From an uncultured Chloroflexia bacterium (GTDB taxonomy: Bacteria; Chloroflexota; Limnocylindria; Limnocylindrales; CSP1-4): 64,000 nucleotides of DNA. Below the pieces are notes generated by a model that was not told the origin of the DNA, made no database searches, and was given only the letters and a program-made list of their open reading frames with translations. The stretch spans positions 724,713 to 788,712 of the forward strand of contig CAWEKG010000002.1 of the NCBI GenBank assembly GCA_963809595.1. Reading direction: 5' to 3'. The translations under genes and the position numbers were made by a program. Positions 8,926 to 18,988 of this stretch are shown piece after piece (the first letter of the stretch is position 1; the number at the start of each line of letters is the position of its first letter).

Positions 8926-11900
8926 GGCGTCGGCGTGTTCACCACCAGACGGACCTCACCGGCGGCGATGAGGTCGAGGATGGGCGTCGGTGGGGCCGGA
9001 ACGCCGGGTGCCGGCTCGGTCCCGTACTTCGCGACGAGCCGCGCGTCGTGGCCCAGGGCGGCCAGGGCCCGGGCGGTCCCCTCGGTCGCCGCGAACCGAT
9101 AGCCGGCCCGGGCCAGGCCGTCGGCGAGCCGCCCGAGGAGGGCCTTGTCGCGGTCGGCGATCGAGAGCAGGGCGAGGGCACCCTCCGGCCCGGGGCGGGG
9201 CGGGACGAGCGCGGCCCCCAGGAGCGCCTTGGCCAGCGCCACCCGGGGGTCCCGGTGGATCCCGATGACCTCGCCGGTCGACTGCATCCCGGGCCCCAAC
9301 GAGGGGTCCACCCCGCGCAGCTTCGCGGTCGAGAACGCCGGCGCCTTGACCGCGACGAGGTCCGGGTCGGGCAGCAGGCCGCCCGGCCAGCCCATCCCCG
9401 CCAGCGTCTCGCCGAGGGCGATCCGGACCGCCAGATCGACCATCGGGACGCCGGTGACCTTGCTCAAGAAGGGCACGGTCCGCGACGCGCGCGGGTTCAC
9501 CTCGATCAGGTAGACCCCGTCGTCTCGGACGATGAACTGGGCATTCACCAGGCCGCGCACGCCGAGAGCCAGGACGATCCGCTCCATCGTGGCGACGATG
9601 AGCTCGCGGTCCCCCGGCGAGACCGACTGGGGCGGGTAGAGCCCGACCGAGTCGCCGGAATGGACCCCTGCCCGCTCGACGTGCTCGAGGAGCCCGGGGA
9701 TCAGGACGTCCCGGCCGTCGGAGACGGCGTCGACGTCGACCTCGACCCCCTCGAGATAGCGGTCGATCCGGACCGGTCGGTCGGGGTCGACCACGGTCGC
9801 CGCCGCGAGCTGGCGGACGAGGTCGCTGGGCGAGTACGAGAAGTCGATGGCCAGTCCGCCGATGACGAACGAGGGGCGGACGATGACCGGGTAGCCGATC
9901 CGGTCGGCCAGGGTCAGGGCCTCCTCCACGCTGTGGGCCATACCCCCCTCGGGTTGGGGGATCCCGAGCCGGTCGAGGAGCGCGGCGAAGCGGGTCCGCT
10001 CCTCGCTCTGGTCGATCGCCTCGAGGTCCGCCCCGAGGAGCTCCACCCCGGCCGCCACGAGCGACGCGGCGAGGTTGAGCGGGGTCTGGCCCCCGAACTG
10101 GACGAAGGCCGGAAGGGGCGGCTCGCCGGCCGCCGTCTCGGCCTCGATGACGCTCATCACCGACTCCGGGTCGAGCGGCTCGAAGTAGAGCCGGGTGGAG
10201 GCGTCGAAGTCGGTCGAGACCGTCTCCGGGTTCGAGTTGATCATCACGGCCGACCAGCCCAGCCGCTGGAGGGCGGCCGCCGCGTGGACGGCGCAGTAGT
10301 CGAACTCGATCCCCTGGCCGATCCGGACCGGGCCGGAGCCGATGACGAGGGCCGCCGGACGGCTGACCGGCGGCGCCTCCGGGGGTGAGCCGGCCGCGGC
10401 GTAGGTCGCGTAGAAGTAGGGCGTCTCGGCGGCGAACTCTGCGGCGCAGGTGTCGACCATCGCGTACCCCGGCCGGAGCCCGAGCGCGAGACGGCTCGCC
10501 CGGAGTGTCGCCCGATCGATCCCGGCCAGGTCGGCCAGCTCGCGGTCGCCGAATCCGGCCCGCTTGGCGGTGACGAGAAGGCTCGCCGCCCCGTCCGGCG
10601 TCGGGTCGGCCAGACGGGGGCCCGCCACCGCGACGGCTCGCTCGAGCGCGACCGCCCGACCGAACTCGGCCAGGAACCACGGGTTGATCCCGGTCGCCTC
10701 GTGGATCGCGTCCTCTGGGACGGCCCGTCGGAGCAGGGCGAGGACCCGCCAGAGGCGGGTGTCCGACGGGGCGAGGAAGCGGCGCAGGACGATCGGGGCG
10801 GCCGCTCGTTCGGCGTGGCGGGTCGACTCGCAGGCGGCGCCGTCGGCGCCCAGCCAGCGGATCGGGACATCGGCCTCGTCGTCGTCGGTCCCGCCGTGGC
10901 CTGGCGGGGCCAGGACGGCGCCGAGGTAGGCCAGGGTCGAGGCCCACTCGGGATCCTCGGCGAGCGGTCCGACGCCCGCCTGCTCGAGCCCGCGGAGGGC
11001 CTTGTTGAGGGCCGACCCGAAGGTCCGGTCGATGGCCATCACCTCGCCGGTCGCCTTCATCTGGCTGCCCAGCGAGCGATCCGCGGTCGGGAACTTGTCG
11101 AACGGGAAGCGGGGCAGCTTGACGACCAGGTAGTCGAGGGCCGGCTCGAAGGCGGCGACGGTCGTCCCGGTGACGACGTTGGGGATCTCGGCCAACCGTC
11201 GGCCGGCGGCGATCTGGGCGGCCACCCGGGCGATGGGGTAGCCGGTCGCCTTGCTGGCCAGGGCCGACGAGCGGCTGACCCGGGGGTTGACCTCGATGAC
11301 CGCGTAATCCTCGTAGTCCGGGCTCAGGGCGAACTGGACGTTGCAGCCGCCCTCGACGCCGAGGGCGCGGATGATGGCCAGGGCCGCGCTGCGGAGCCGC
11401 TGGTGGACCGGGTCGGGAAGCGTCTGGACCGGGGCGACCACGATCGAATCCCCGGTGTGGACGCCGAGCGGATCGACATTCTCCATCGAGCAGACCGCGA
11501 TGCAGGTGTCGTCCGCGTCGCGCATCACCTCGTACTCGATCTCCTGCCAGCCGACCAGACAGCGCTCCACCATCACCTGGCCGATCGGGCTCGCCCGCAG
11601 CCCGGCCCGCACCCGCTCCCGGTAGGCCGGCTCCGTCTCGACGATCCCGCCACCGGTCCCACCCAGGGTGAAGGCCGGGCGGACGATCGCCGGGAGGCCG
11701 ATCTCGGCCAGGGCCGCGTCGGCCGAGGCCTCGCGTTCGGCCGCGTCGGCACCCACGACGATCGACGAGGGAGCGTACGGCTGGCCGATCCGGTCGAGGA
11801 GCCCCCGGAACAGCTCACGATCCTCGGCCATCTCGATCGCCTCGAGGGGCGTGCCGATCAGCCGGACGCCGTGGCGTTCGAGCACCCCGGCCCGCGCCAG

Positions 11901-12218
11901 GGCCACCGCCAGGTTGAGCGCCGTCTGGCCACCCAGCCCGGCCAGCAGCCCCTCGGGGCGCTCGCGGGCGATGACCGCCTCGACGGCCTCGACCGTCAGC
12001 GGCTCGAGGTAGACCGCGTCGGCGACCGAAGGGTCGGTCATGATCGTGGCCGGGTTCGAGTTCACCAGGATCGTCCGGACGCCCTCCGCCCGAAGCGCCC
12101 GGCAGGCCTGCGTCCCGGCGTAGTCGAACTCGGCCGCCTGCCCGATGACGACCGGCCCGGAGCCCAGGATGAGCACCGATGCCGGCGCTCCGGGACGCCG
12201 GACCGACCCGCCGGGCAT
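8706..12218 (-). CDS. carB: carbamoyl-phosphate synthase large subunit
   Basis: Two ATP-grasp halves are readable (VLILGSGPVVIGQAAEFDYAGTQA... and ALVIGSGPVRIGQGIEFDYCAVHA...), plus an MGS-like C-terminal domain. The start is taken at ATG 12218 (MPGGSV...) rather than the 62-codon upstream extension of the ORF. Confidence 0.95.
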   Translation of the reverse strand: MPGGSVRRPGAPASVLILGSGPVVIGQAAEFDYAGTQACRALRAEGVRTILVNSNPATIMTDPSVADAVYLEPLTVEAVEAVIARERPEGLLAGLGGQTALNLAVALARAGVLERHGVRLIGTPLEAIEMAEDRELFRGLLDRIGQPYAPSSIVVGADAAEREASADAALAEIGLPAIVRPAFTLGGTGGGIVETEPAYRERVRAGLRASPIGQVMVERCLVGWQEIEYEVMRDADDTCIAVCSMENVDPLGVHTGDSIVVAPVQTLPDPVHQRLRSAALAIIRALGVEGGCNVQFALSPDYEDYAVIEVNPRVSRSSALASKATGYPIARVAAQIAAGRRLAEIPNVVTGTTVAAFEPALDYLVVKLPRFPFDKFPTADRSLGSQMKATGEVMAIDRTFGSALNKALRGLEQAGVGPLAEDPEWASTLAYLGAVLAPPGHGGTDDDEADVPIRWLGADGAACESTRHAERAAAPIVLRRFLAPSDTRLWRVLALLRRAVPEDAIHEATGINPWFLAEFGRAVALERAVAVAGPRLADPTPDGAASLLVTAKRAGFGDRELADLAGIDRATLRASRLALGLRPGYAMVDTCAAEFAAETPYFYATYAAAGSPPEAPPVSRPAALVIGSGPVRIGQGIEFDYCAVHAAAALQRLGWSAVMINSNPETVSTDFDASTRLYFEPLDPESVMSVIEAETAAGEPPLPAFVQFGGQTPLNLAASLVAAGVELLGADLEAIDQSEERTRFAALLDRLGIPQPEGGMAHSVEEALTLADRIGYPVIVRPSFVIGGLAIDFSYSPSDLVRQLAAATVVDPDRPVRIDRYLEGVEVDVDAVSDGRDVLIPGLLEHVERAGVHSGDSVGLYPPQSVSPGDRELIVATMERIVLALGVRGLVNAQFIVRDDGVYLIEVNPRASRTVPFLSKVTGVPMVDLAVRIALGETLAGMGWPGGLLPDPDLVAVKAPAFSTAKLRGVDPSLGPGMQSTGEVIGIHRDPRVALAKALLGAALVPPRPGPEGALALLSIADRDKALLGRLADGLARAGYRFAATEGTARALAALGHDARLVAKYGTEPAPGVPAPPTPILDLIAAGEVRLVVNTPTPQSGAVRDAAEIRLAATAEGILCLTAIETAVAAAEALDPAVLDRLSEVRSLAEWVPAGRGPVAAGSAGVATIA

Positions 12219-12264
12219 CGTCACGGCCTCGTGGCCGCGGCTCCGGTCGCCCGGCCGGTCGGCG

Positions 12265-13413
12265 TCATGGTCGCCCCGCGCAGGCGGCCACGAACCGGTC
12301 GAAGACGGCGAGGGCGTCGAGCGGACCGGGCGCCCCCTCCGGGTGGTACTGGACCGTCTCGATCGGGAGCTCGCGGTGACGGAGCCCCTCGACCGAGCCG
12401 TCATTGAGGTTGACCTGGCTGACGTGGAACCCGCCGGCGGCCGGGAGGGTCTCGGCCACGACCTGGACCTCGTGGTTCTGGGCGGTCACCTGGACGAGCC
12501 CGGTGTCGACGTCGCGGACGGGATGGTTGGCGCCGTGGTGCCCGAAGCGGAGACGGCGCGTCTCGGCACCAGCGGCCCGGCCCACGATCTGGTGACCCAG
12601 GCAGATCCCCAGGACCGGCCGTCCGTCGGCGATCGCCGCGCGGGCCAGCGCGACCGGGCCGGCCAGGCGGGCCGGGTCGCCCGGACCCGGCGAGAGGACC
12701 AGCCCGTCGATCTCCGGGGCCAGCGCCTCCTCGACCGAGACCGTGTGGGGCAGGATCCGGACCCGGACGCCGCGGCGACGGAGCGAGTGGACGATGTTCG
12801 CCTTGAGCCCGAGGTCGACGATCCCGACCAGCGGGCCGCCCTCGGCCGGATCGCCCACCTCGCGGGGCGCCTCCGGCGAGACCAGGCCCACGAAGTCCTG
12901 GTCCTCCCAGGCCGGCAATGCGCGGGCCGCGGCCACGGCCGCCTGCGGATCGACCTGGCCCGGTGCCGTCACGATGCCCGGGATCGAGCCGTGGGTCCGG
13001 AGGTGCCGGGCGAGGGCTCGGGTGTCGACGCCGGCGATGGCCGGGATCGACTGGTCGCGGAGGAGGACCGCCAGCTGGGCCGCCTTCTCCGCCACGGCGG
13101 CCGTCGCGTTGGCCACGACGAGCGCCCGGAGCCAGGGCCGCTCGGACTGGTCGTCGGCGAAGAGGCGGCCGTAGTTGCCGATGAGCGGGTAGGTCATGAC
13201 CACGACCTGGCCCGCGTACGAGGGGTCCGTGCAGACCTCCTGGTAGCCGGTCTGGCTGGTGTTCACGACCAGGTCGCCACCGGCCGTCGTCGGCGAGCCG
13301 AAGGCGATGCCCGGGAAGACCGTCCCGTCCGCGAGGGCCAGGAGGGCCGGTCCATGGTCGCCGACCCGGGGGTCGACGATCGAGCTCGCCAGCGGGACCG
13401 GAATGGTCGTCAT
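12265..13413 (-). CDS. carA: carbamoyl-phosphate synthase small (glutaminase) subunit
   Basis: Class I amidotransferase motifs: PVLGICLGHQ and VQYHPEG. It lies immediately upstream of carB. Confidence 0.95.
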   Translation of the reverse strand: MTTIPVPLASSIVDPRVGDHGPALLALADGTVFPGIAFGSPTTAGGDLVVNTSQTGYQEVCTDPSYAGQVVVMTYPLIGNYGRLFADDQSERPWLRALVVANATAAVAEKAAQLAVLLRDQSIPAIAGVDTRALARHLRTHGSIPGIVTAPGQVDPQAAVAAARALPAWEDQDFVGLVSPEAPREVGDPAEGGPLVGIVDLGLKANIVHSLRRRGVRVRILPHTVSVEEALAPEIDGLVLSPGPGDPARLAGPVALARAAIADGRPVLGICLGHQIVGRAAGAETRRLRFGHHGANHPVRDVDTGLVQVTAQNHEVQVVAETLPAAGGFHVSQVNLNDGSVEGLRHRELPIETVQYHPEGAPGPLDALAVFDRFVAACAGRP

Positions 13414-13472
13414 CAGCGGGAGAGGACCGGGAACGGGGAGACTCGTTCGGTGCAGCGAGGGCGCGCGGACAC
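13413..13472 (-). promoter_or_regulatory. candidate 19-codon leader ORF coupled to carA
   Basis: On the minus strand, GGGGAGGAGG (13493-13484) is followed 11 nt later by a GTG at 13472. It encodes MSARPRCTERVSPFPVLSR. Its TGA overlaps the carA ATG (TGATG). carA itself has no SD (ggtcctctcccgctgATG). Confidence 0.3.
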
Positions 13473-13491
13473 GGACGATCGAGCCTCCTCC

Positions 13492-13531
13492 CCGGCCTCA
13501 CGGGACCGGTACGCCGGCCTCACGGGACCGG
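13492..13531 (-). promoter_or_regulatory. two identical 18-nt direct repeats upstream of carA (candidate operator)
   Basis: ccggcctcacgggaccgg occurs at 13492-13509 and again at 13514-13531, a 22-nt period. A minus-strand TTGACA (13538-13533) directly abuts the distal repeat. I could find no convincing -10 element. Confidence 0.35.
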
Positions 13532-13638
13532 CTGTCAAGGACGGCCCAAGGGTACCAGAGGCGACGGCAGTGGGCGGTGGTCGAGACGCGCGGAACGCCG
13601 ACGCCGGCGCGGGGAACGCCGCCAGCGGAGGCCGGGGG

Positions 13639-15381
13639 TCAGGGCGCGGGGGCGGTCGGAGCCTCGGTCGGCGTCGGGGCCTCGGCCGGTGTCGGGGCCT
13701 CGGTCGGGGCCTCGGTCGGGGCCTCGGTCGGCGCGGTCGTCGCCGAAGGCTTCGGCGTCGGCTTCCTGGTCGGCTTCGGGGTGGGCTTGGGGGTCGAGTG
13801 GACCACCGAGCAGTGCGGCGCCGCCTGGGCGGCACCCTTGGCCCGTGTCGTCGGTGCGGGGGCGAGGAGACTGGCGGCCGGCCGGGTCCCGGGTGTCGTG
13901 AAGAGCGACGCGCCGAGGGCGGCGATCCTCTTGAGGTCGGGCAGCTGGATCGAGCCCCGGGCGTCATAACCGGGCCGCACGTACGGATGCGCGACCACGA
14001 CCCGGTAGATGTCCTTCGGACCGACCTGCGTGGCGAGGGGCGCCAGCGTCCGGACGACGGCCGGTGGGACGTTCGTCTCGACCGTGTCGCCGAGCGCCCG
14101 GATGAGCCCGATCGGGTCGTCGATGAACCCGCCCCGGACGATCCGGTCCTTCAGGGCGACCACGACCTGCTGCTGGCGGGCGGCCCGGGTGAAGTCGCTC
14201 TCACCGGCCGACTTGCGGATCCGGGCGTAGGCCAGCGCCGCGTTCCCCCCAAGGTGATGGCGGCCCGCCCCGATCGAGTAGCCCTGGAAGCCGTACTCGT
14301 CGTAGCGGGCGTCACACAGGGCGTGGTCCACGTTGACGTCGACCCCGCCGACGGCGTTCACGACGTTGACCATCCCCTGGAGGTTGACCTGGGCGTAGTA
14401 ATCGACATGCACGCCGAGCATCTTGCCGATGGTGTAGGCGAGGACGGCCTGGCCGTTGCCCTTGTAGCCCGGGAAGGCGCCGGGATGCCAGCGGACATAC
14501 GAGACGAGGCCGTTGAGCTTGGCACTGAAGGTCCGGCCGCCGGGGATCGGGGTGTCGACCATGTCCCGTGGGATGGACGCCATCGAGACCGTGCCGGCGA
14601 CGGGATCCAGGCTGGCCACGATCATCGTGTCGGTCGCGTAGGTGTTCCGGCCGACCCCCTGGTCCACGCCCAGGAGGAGCACCGTCACCCGGGGGACCGT
14701 GGGCGTGCCGCTCGGCGAGGGTGAGGCCGACGGGTCGCCGGACGCCTCGATAATCGAGCCGTCGGACGGATCCGCCCCCGGCAGCTCCGTCGCGGCCGGA
14801 TCCTGGCTGGGGAAGGCGTTGTCCACCGACGGCTGGAAGATCTCGGCCGAGGCCAGCCGGGCGGTGTTGGTGACGTAGCCCAGCCCGACCTGCGGCAGCA
14901 CCACGATGGCCAGGACGACGAGGAGCGAGGCGACGTCGAGCGGCCGGAACCGACCGAAGGAGCGGTCGGTCATCGCCGACCCCACGGCGAGGAGACGCCA
15001 GACCAGGAACAGCCCCTGGGCCACGAGGACGACCGCGATGACCGTCGGGTCGACGAGCGTCGCGGCGACCTCGATCGCGCCCTGGGTCACCAGGTAGATC
15101 GCGACCAGTACGAGGCCGACAAGGAGCGGGGCGAAGAACAGGGCCGCCCGGCGCGGCCGGCCGATGATCAGGTGGCCCAGACCGGGCACGATCGCCGAGG
15201 CGAGACCGGCCCCGAAGCGAGCGACGCTACCGTGCCGGACGGGCGGCGTGGCCATGTCGCGGGCCGCGCGGGTACCGGGATACCGTCCGGATGTCAGGGT
15301 CGTGTCCTCCTCGGTGGCGAAGTCATCGCCGCCGGGCCTGCGACGTCCGGCCGGCGGGTGACGTGACGGTGACCGCACCAT
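13639..15381 (-). CDS. LytR-CpsA-Psr (LCP) family cell-envelope transferase with a Pro/Thr-rich tail
   Basis: N-terminal membrane helices. LCP core: VLLLGVDQGVGRNTYATDTMIVASLDP...SIPRD...YARIRK. C-terminal TPKPTPKP and EAPT repeats. An alternative start is ATG 15255 (MATPPVRHG). Confidence 0.85.
   Translation of the reverse strand: MVRSPSRHPPAGRRRPGGDDFATEEDTTLTSGRYPGTRAARDMATPPVRHGSVARFGAGLASAIVPGLGHLIIGRPRRAALFFAPLLVGLVLVAIYLVTQGAIEVAATLVDPTVIAVVLVAQGLFLVWRLLAVGSAMTDRSFGRFRPLDVASLLVVLAIVVLPQVGLGYVTNTARLASAEIFQPSVDNAFPSQDPAATELPGADPSDGSIIEASGDPSASPSPSGTPTVPRVTVLLLGVDQGVGRNTYATDTMIVASLDPVAGTVSMASIPRDMVDTPIPGGRTFSAKLNGLVSYVRWHPGAFPGYKGNGQAVLAYTIGKMLGVHVDYYAQVNLQGMVNVVNAVGGVDVNVDHALCDARYDEYGFQGYSIGAGRHHLGGNAALAYARIRKSAGESDFTRAARQQQVVVALKDRIVRGGFIDDPIGLIRALGDTVETNVPPAVVRTLAPLATQVGPKDIYRVVVAHPYVRPGYDARGSIQLPDLKRIAALGASLFTTPGTRPAASLLAPAPTTRAKGAAQAAPHCSVVHSTPKPTPKPTRKPTPKPSATTAPTEAPTEAPTEAPTPAEAPTPTEAPTAPAP
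13655..13735 (-). repeat. in-frame 12-nt coding tandem repeat
   Basis: ggggcctcggtc-type units are repeated about 5 times. They encode (T/P)EAPT repeats at the C-terminus of the LCP protein. Confidence 0.6.
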
Positions 15382-15571
15382 CGACCCCGAGTCGGAAGCT
15401 GACCTGCTGCGCCGCTCGTGAGTCTATCAGCGACGACGAGATCGGCCACAGGACCGGACGCTGGGTCGCGTCGTCGGGAGTCGAGTCGGCGGGCTGACGG
15501 CGACGTGTCACGATGACGATGACCCGGGGCGGCGCGGACGAACCTCCGCCACGGCTGGGAGGGCCTGCGCG

Positions 15572-17441
15572 ATCTGCGGCATCAATGGATTCTTCTCGGC
15601 CACCCCCCAGGTCGCCGGGGCCTGGTTCGCGGACGCCGTGCGGGTCGCCAGCCACCGTGGGCCGGACGGGACGGGCTACTGGCTGCCCGGACGCGCGTCG
15701 GGCCGGCCCGTCGCCGAGCTGGACGGCCACGACGCCGGACCCACCACGGTCGCGCTCGCCTTCAGTCGACTCGCCATCCTCGACCTCTCCCCCTCGGGCG
15801 CTCAGCCGATGGTCGTTCCCGGACGGGGTGCGATGACCTACAACGGCGAGATCTACAACTACCTCGAGGTCCGCGACGAGCTGGCCGCACTCGGTTGGAC
15901 GTTCACCTCCTCCGGTGACAGCGAGGTGCTCCTCAAGGCATACCTCGAGTGGGGCACGGACGCGCTTCCGCGGCTCGACGGCATGTGGGCGTTCGGGATC
16001 TACGACGAGGGGAGGGACGGCCTCCTTCTCGCCCGTGACCGTTTCGGCGAGAAGCCCCTGTTCTGGACGGCATGGGAAGGCGGCCTGGCCTTCGCGTCCG
16101 AGGTCAAGCAGCTCGCCCGCTATCCCGGAGTGACCCCCCGGCTGGACCCCCGGCGCGCCGCAGCCTTCCTGGTCACCGGTCGACCCTACGACGGTCCCTC
16201 GTCCTGGTACGAGGGGGTCAACCAGCTTGCTCCCGGGGCGTTCCTCTGGGTGGACCGGTCCGGCGTCCATGGCGGTTCCTACTTCGATCTCGAGAAGGAG
16301 GTCGCCGCGGTGACCCCGGAGCGCTCACCGGCCGACTGGACGGCCAGGTTCGCCGTGACTCATGTCCGCGTCGGTCCGTCGTCGTCTGCGGTCCGATGTG
16401 CCGGTCGGGACCTCCCTGTCGTCCGGAGTCGACAGCTCGCTCATCCTGGCCGAGGCGACGGCCCAGGGTCACGCTGCCTACCGGACGTTCACCGTGACGA
16501 GCGACGAGCCACGGATCGACGAGGGCCGCGCGGCCGGTCGGTTCGCTGCAAGCCAGGGATCCATCTGGCAGGGGGTCGTCGTGGACCCGACGGAGTTCCA
16601 CGCCATCTGGGACCGGATGTCGTGGCACCACGAGTGCCCCGTCTCCGGGACCAGCCTGTACGGGCAATGGAAGGTCTTCGAGGCGGCCCGCGCAGCTGGC
16701 GTGACGGTCATCCTGGACGGGCAGGGGGCGGACGAGATCCTCGGCGGCTACAACCGGTTCCTGGTGGCGATGATGCTCGAGGACGCACGCCGGCGCCCGC
16801 TCGCCCTGCCCGGGTCCGTCGCCGGCTTCGTCCGCCAGGTCGGGTCCATCCATAACCTGCGTACGGCGGGTTACCGGTACCTCGGTCGGGCCGGTTTCGC
16901 GCCACCCACGGATGCCCTGGTGCGACCCGGCTTGTTCGAGGGCGACCAGGCGCCCCGGGTCCGGGTCAGCAGCCTCGAGATCCGTCTCCAGGACATCCGC
17001 CGGTGGAGCCTGCCGAACCTGTTGGCGTACGCCGATCGGAATGCGATGGCGCACTCGATCGAGACCCGACTCCCCTATCTGGACGCCGCCGTGGTGGCGC
17101 TCTCGCTCGCGATGCCGGACGACGTCGTCCTCCGGGACGGCTGGACGAAATGGCCGCTTCGCGTCGCGCTCGCCGCGAGGGCCGGTCGGGTGCCGGCCTG
17201 GCGCCCGGGCAAGCTCTGGTTCTCGCTGCCCCAGGGGCGCTGGCTCCGGGGCGAGCTGCGACCGTCGGTCGACGCCTGGATCGCGGCGCCGCACCCCGCC
17301 TGGGAGTCGGTGGTCGAGCCGGACCGCCTGCGCGAGTTCCAGGCCGCCTGGCTGAGACGCACGCCCTCGACCGCCTGGGACGATCAGGTCTTCCAGATGG
17401 TCGCGCTCGAGCGCTACCTCCGGGTCTGGTTCCCGGACTGA
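15572..17441 (+). CDS. asparagine synthase (glutamine-hydrolysing) family amidotransferase; ATC at the start position and one frameshift
   Basis: N-terminal Ntn-glutaminase motifs: CGINGFF, HRGPDG, SRLAILD, NGEIYNY. Synthetase motif SDVPVGTSLSSGVDSS. The codon before the obligatory Cys1 is ATC (15572), preceded by GGGAGGG-N8. The frame switches between ORFs 15638..16855 and 16362..17441 at ~16340-16360. Confidence 0.8.
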
Positions 17442-17703
17442 CCGTCGGGCGCCTGACCGCGGCCGTCGACGGAATGCGGTGCTCGAGCGCACCGGACGCT
17501 GGCGGTCCGGGGTGGAGCATGGTACAAATGGCGCCTCCAGGGGGCTACGCGTTACCGAGCAAAGTTGCCCAGATCTGGCAAAGCCGCGCAGATCTAGCAG
17601 GGTCGTCGAGCCGGCTTCCGGTCCGAGTCTGGGCGACGCCGACGGACTTCTGAAGCAGAGCGTCGTAACGGGAGAGGCGATCTTGGCTTCCGCGAGGGGC
17701 ATC

Positions 17704-18918
17704 GTGGGTTCCCCGAAGGTGCCCAGGGTCCATTGGCTGGCTCAGAGCCAGCTGGGTCAGGACTCGTTCCAGTCGGTCCTGCTCTCCTTGATCCGCGGAC
17801 TTGCCGCGATCGAGGTCGCGGCGGCGCATCTTCGAGCCGCCGTCTTTCCCGGGCTTCGCCAGGCCAGCGACCCGGCGCTGTGGTACCAGGGCCTGGCCTT
17901 CTTCACCGGGTTCGCCCACCAGGCGGTGCTCGTATTCTTCCTGATCAGCGGCTGGCTGGTCGGTGGCAGCCTGCTCAACAAGATCGGCCGGCCCCAGGCG
18001 ATCCGGGGCTACACCATCGACCGGGTCACCCGCCTGTGGACGGTGCTGATCCCGACCTTCGTGCTGGTCACCCTGGCCGCCCTGGCGAGGAACATCGATC
18101 CGGCCACCTCGAACGAGTACTCCATCGGGACCTTCGTGGGCAACCTGTTCGGCCTGCAGACGATCGTGGTTCCCAACTTCGGCGGGAACCTCTCTCTGTG
18201 GAGCCTGGCCAACGAGACCTGGTACTACGTGCTGTTCCCGCTCGCCGTGCTGGCGGTCGTGTCGCGCCGGAACCTCCTGCGGGCCCTGTGCGCCATCGGG
18301 ATCGTCGGGATCGCGGTCTTCGTCCCGCGTGACATCTTCCTGTTCTTCTCGATCTGGCTGCTGGGCGTCGCGTTCTCCCGGATCAGGATCGAATCCGGCC
18401 CGCGGTTCAAGATCGGCTGGCTGGCGCTGGTGGTCGCGGTCGCGGTCTTCTACCGCCTGCAAGGGATCACCGACGACCTGAACGCGGCCTCGCTCGGGCC
18501 GGACCTCGTGTGCACGATCGTGTTCGGGGTCTTCCTCTCGAGCATGTTCATCATGACCGATCCGGCATCCCGACCGATCGCCCTGCTGGGCAGGATCAGC
18601 GTCTTCCTGGCCGCGTTCTCGTTCACCCTGTACGTGATCCACGTGCCGCTGATCGAGCTGCTGCGCTATGCGGGGCAGACCTGGTTCGGCCGGTCCGAAC
18701 TGGCGCCGTATGCCTGGTCGGACCTGGCCATCTACGGCGTCCTGCTGGCGATGATCCTCGTCGGTTCCTATGGGTTCTATCTGCTGTTCGAGTCGCACAC
18801 GTACCAGGTCCGGCGCTGGGCGCGGGGGATCTTCCTGCCTCATGCCCCCCAGACCAAGCCGGCGCCCGTCCCGGTCCCGGCGCCCGTCCCCGTCGGAGTC
18901 GAGCAGCGAGTCTTGTAG
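17704..18918 (+). CDS. acyltransferase family 3 (OafA-like) integral membrane protein
   Basis: SLIRGLAAIEVAAAHL...VLVFFLISGWLVG... with about 10 helices. The start is taken at GTG 17704 (GAGGGG upstream) rather than ORF start 17479. One hand-counted 60-nt line gave about 58% GC, versus about 78% in a carB line. Confidence 0.8.
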   Translation: MGSPKVPRVHWLAQSQLGQDSFQSVLLSLIRGLAAIEVAAAHLRAAVFPGLRQASDPALWYQGLAFFTGFAHQAVLVFFLISGWLVGGSLLNKIGRPQAIRGYTIDRVTRLWTVLIPTFVLVTLAALARNIDPATSNEYSIGTFVGNLFGLQTIVVPNFGGNLSLWSLANETWYYVLFPLAVLAVVSRRNLLRALCAIGIVGIAVFVPRDIFLFFSIWLLGVAFSRIRIESGPRFKIGWLALVVAVAVFYRLQGITDDLNAASLGPDLVCTIVFGVFLSSMFIMTDPASRPIALLGRISVFLAAFSFTLYVIHVPLIELLRYAGQTWFGRSELAPYAWSDLAIYGVLLAMILVGSYGFYLLFESHTYQVRRWARGIFLPHAPQTKPAPVPVPAPVPVGVEQRVL

Positions 18919-18988
18919 GGCAGACGGCACGAGACGGAATCGAAGACCCCCGGGGCGCCGTCCCCGGGTCTCGTCACGCGTCGTGGAG

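Noticed and set aside
13540-13560. CCAGAGG, resembling the PyrR-binding loop, near the carA upstream region.
   Set aside because: It lies on the + strand, whereas carA is transcribed on the minus strand, and it is upstream of the candidate promoter.
13655-13735. Short regularly spaced repeats that might suggest a CRISPR array. The same applies to 860..995 and 62959..62988.
   Set aside because: The units are 6-30 nt with no unique spacers. All are in frame inside coding regions and encode low-complexity peptide repeats.
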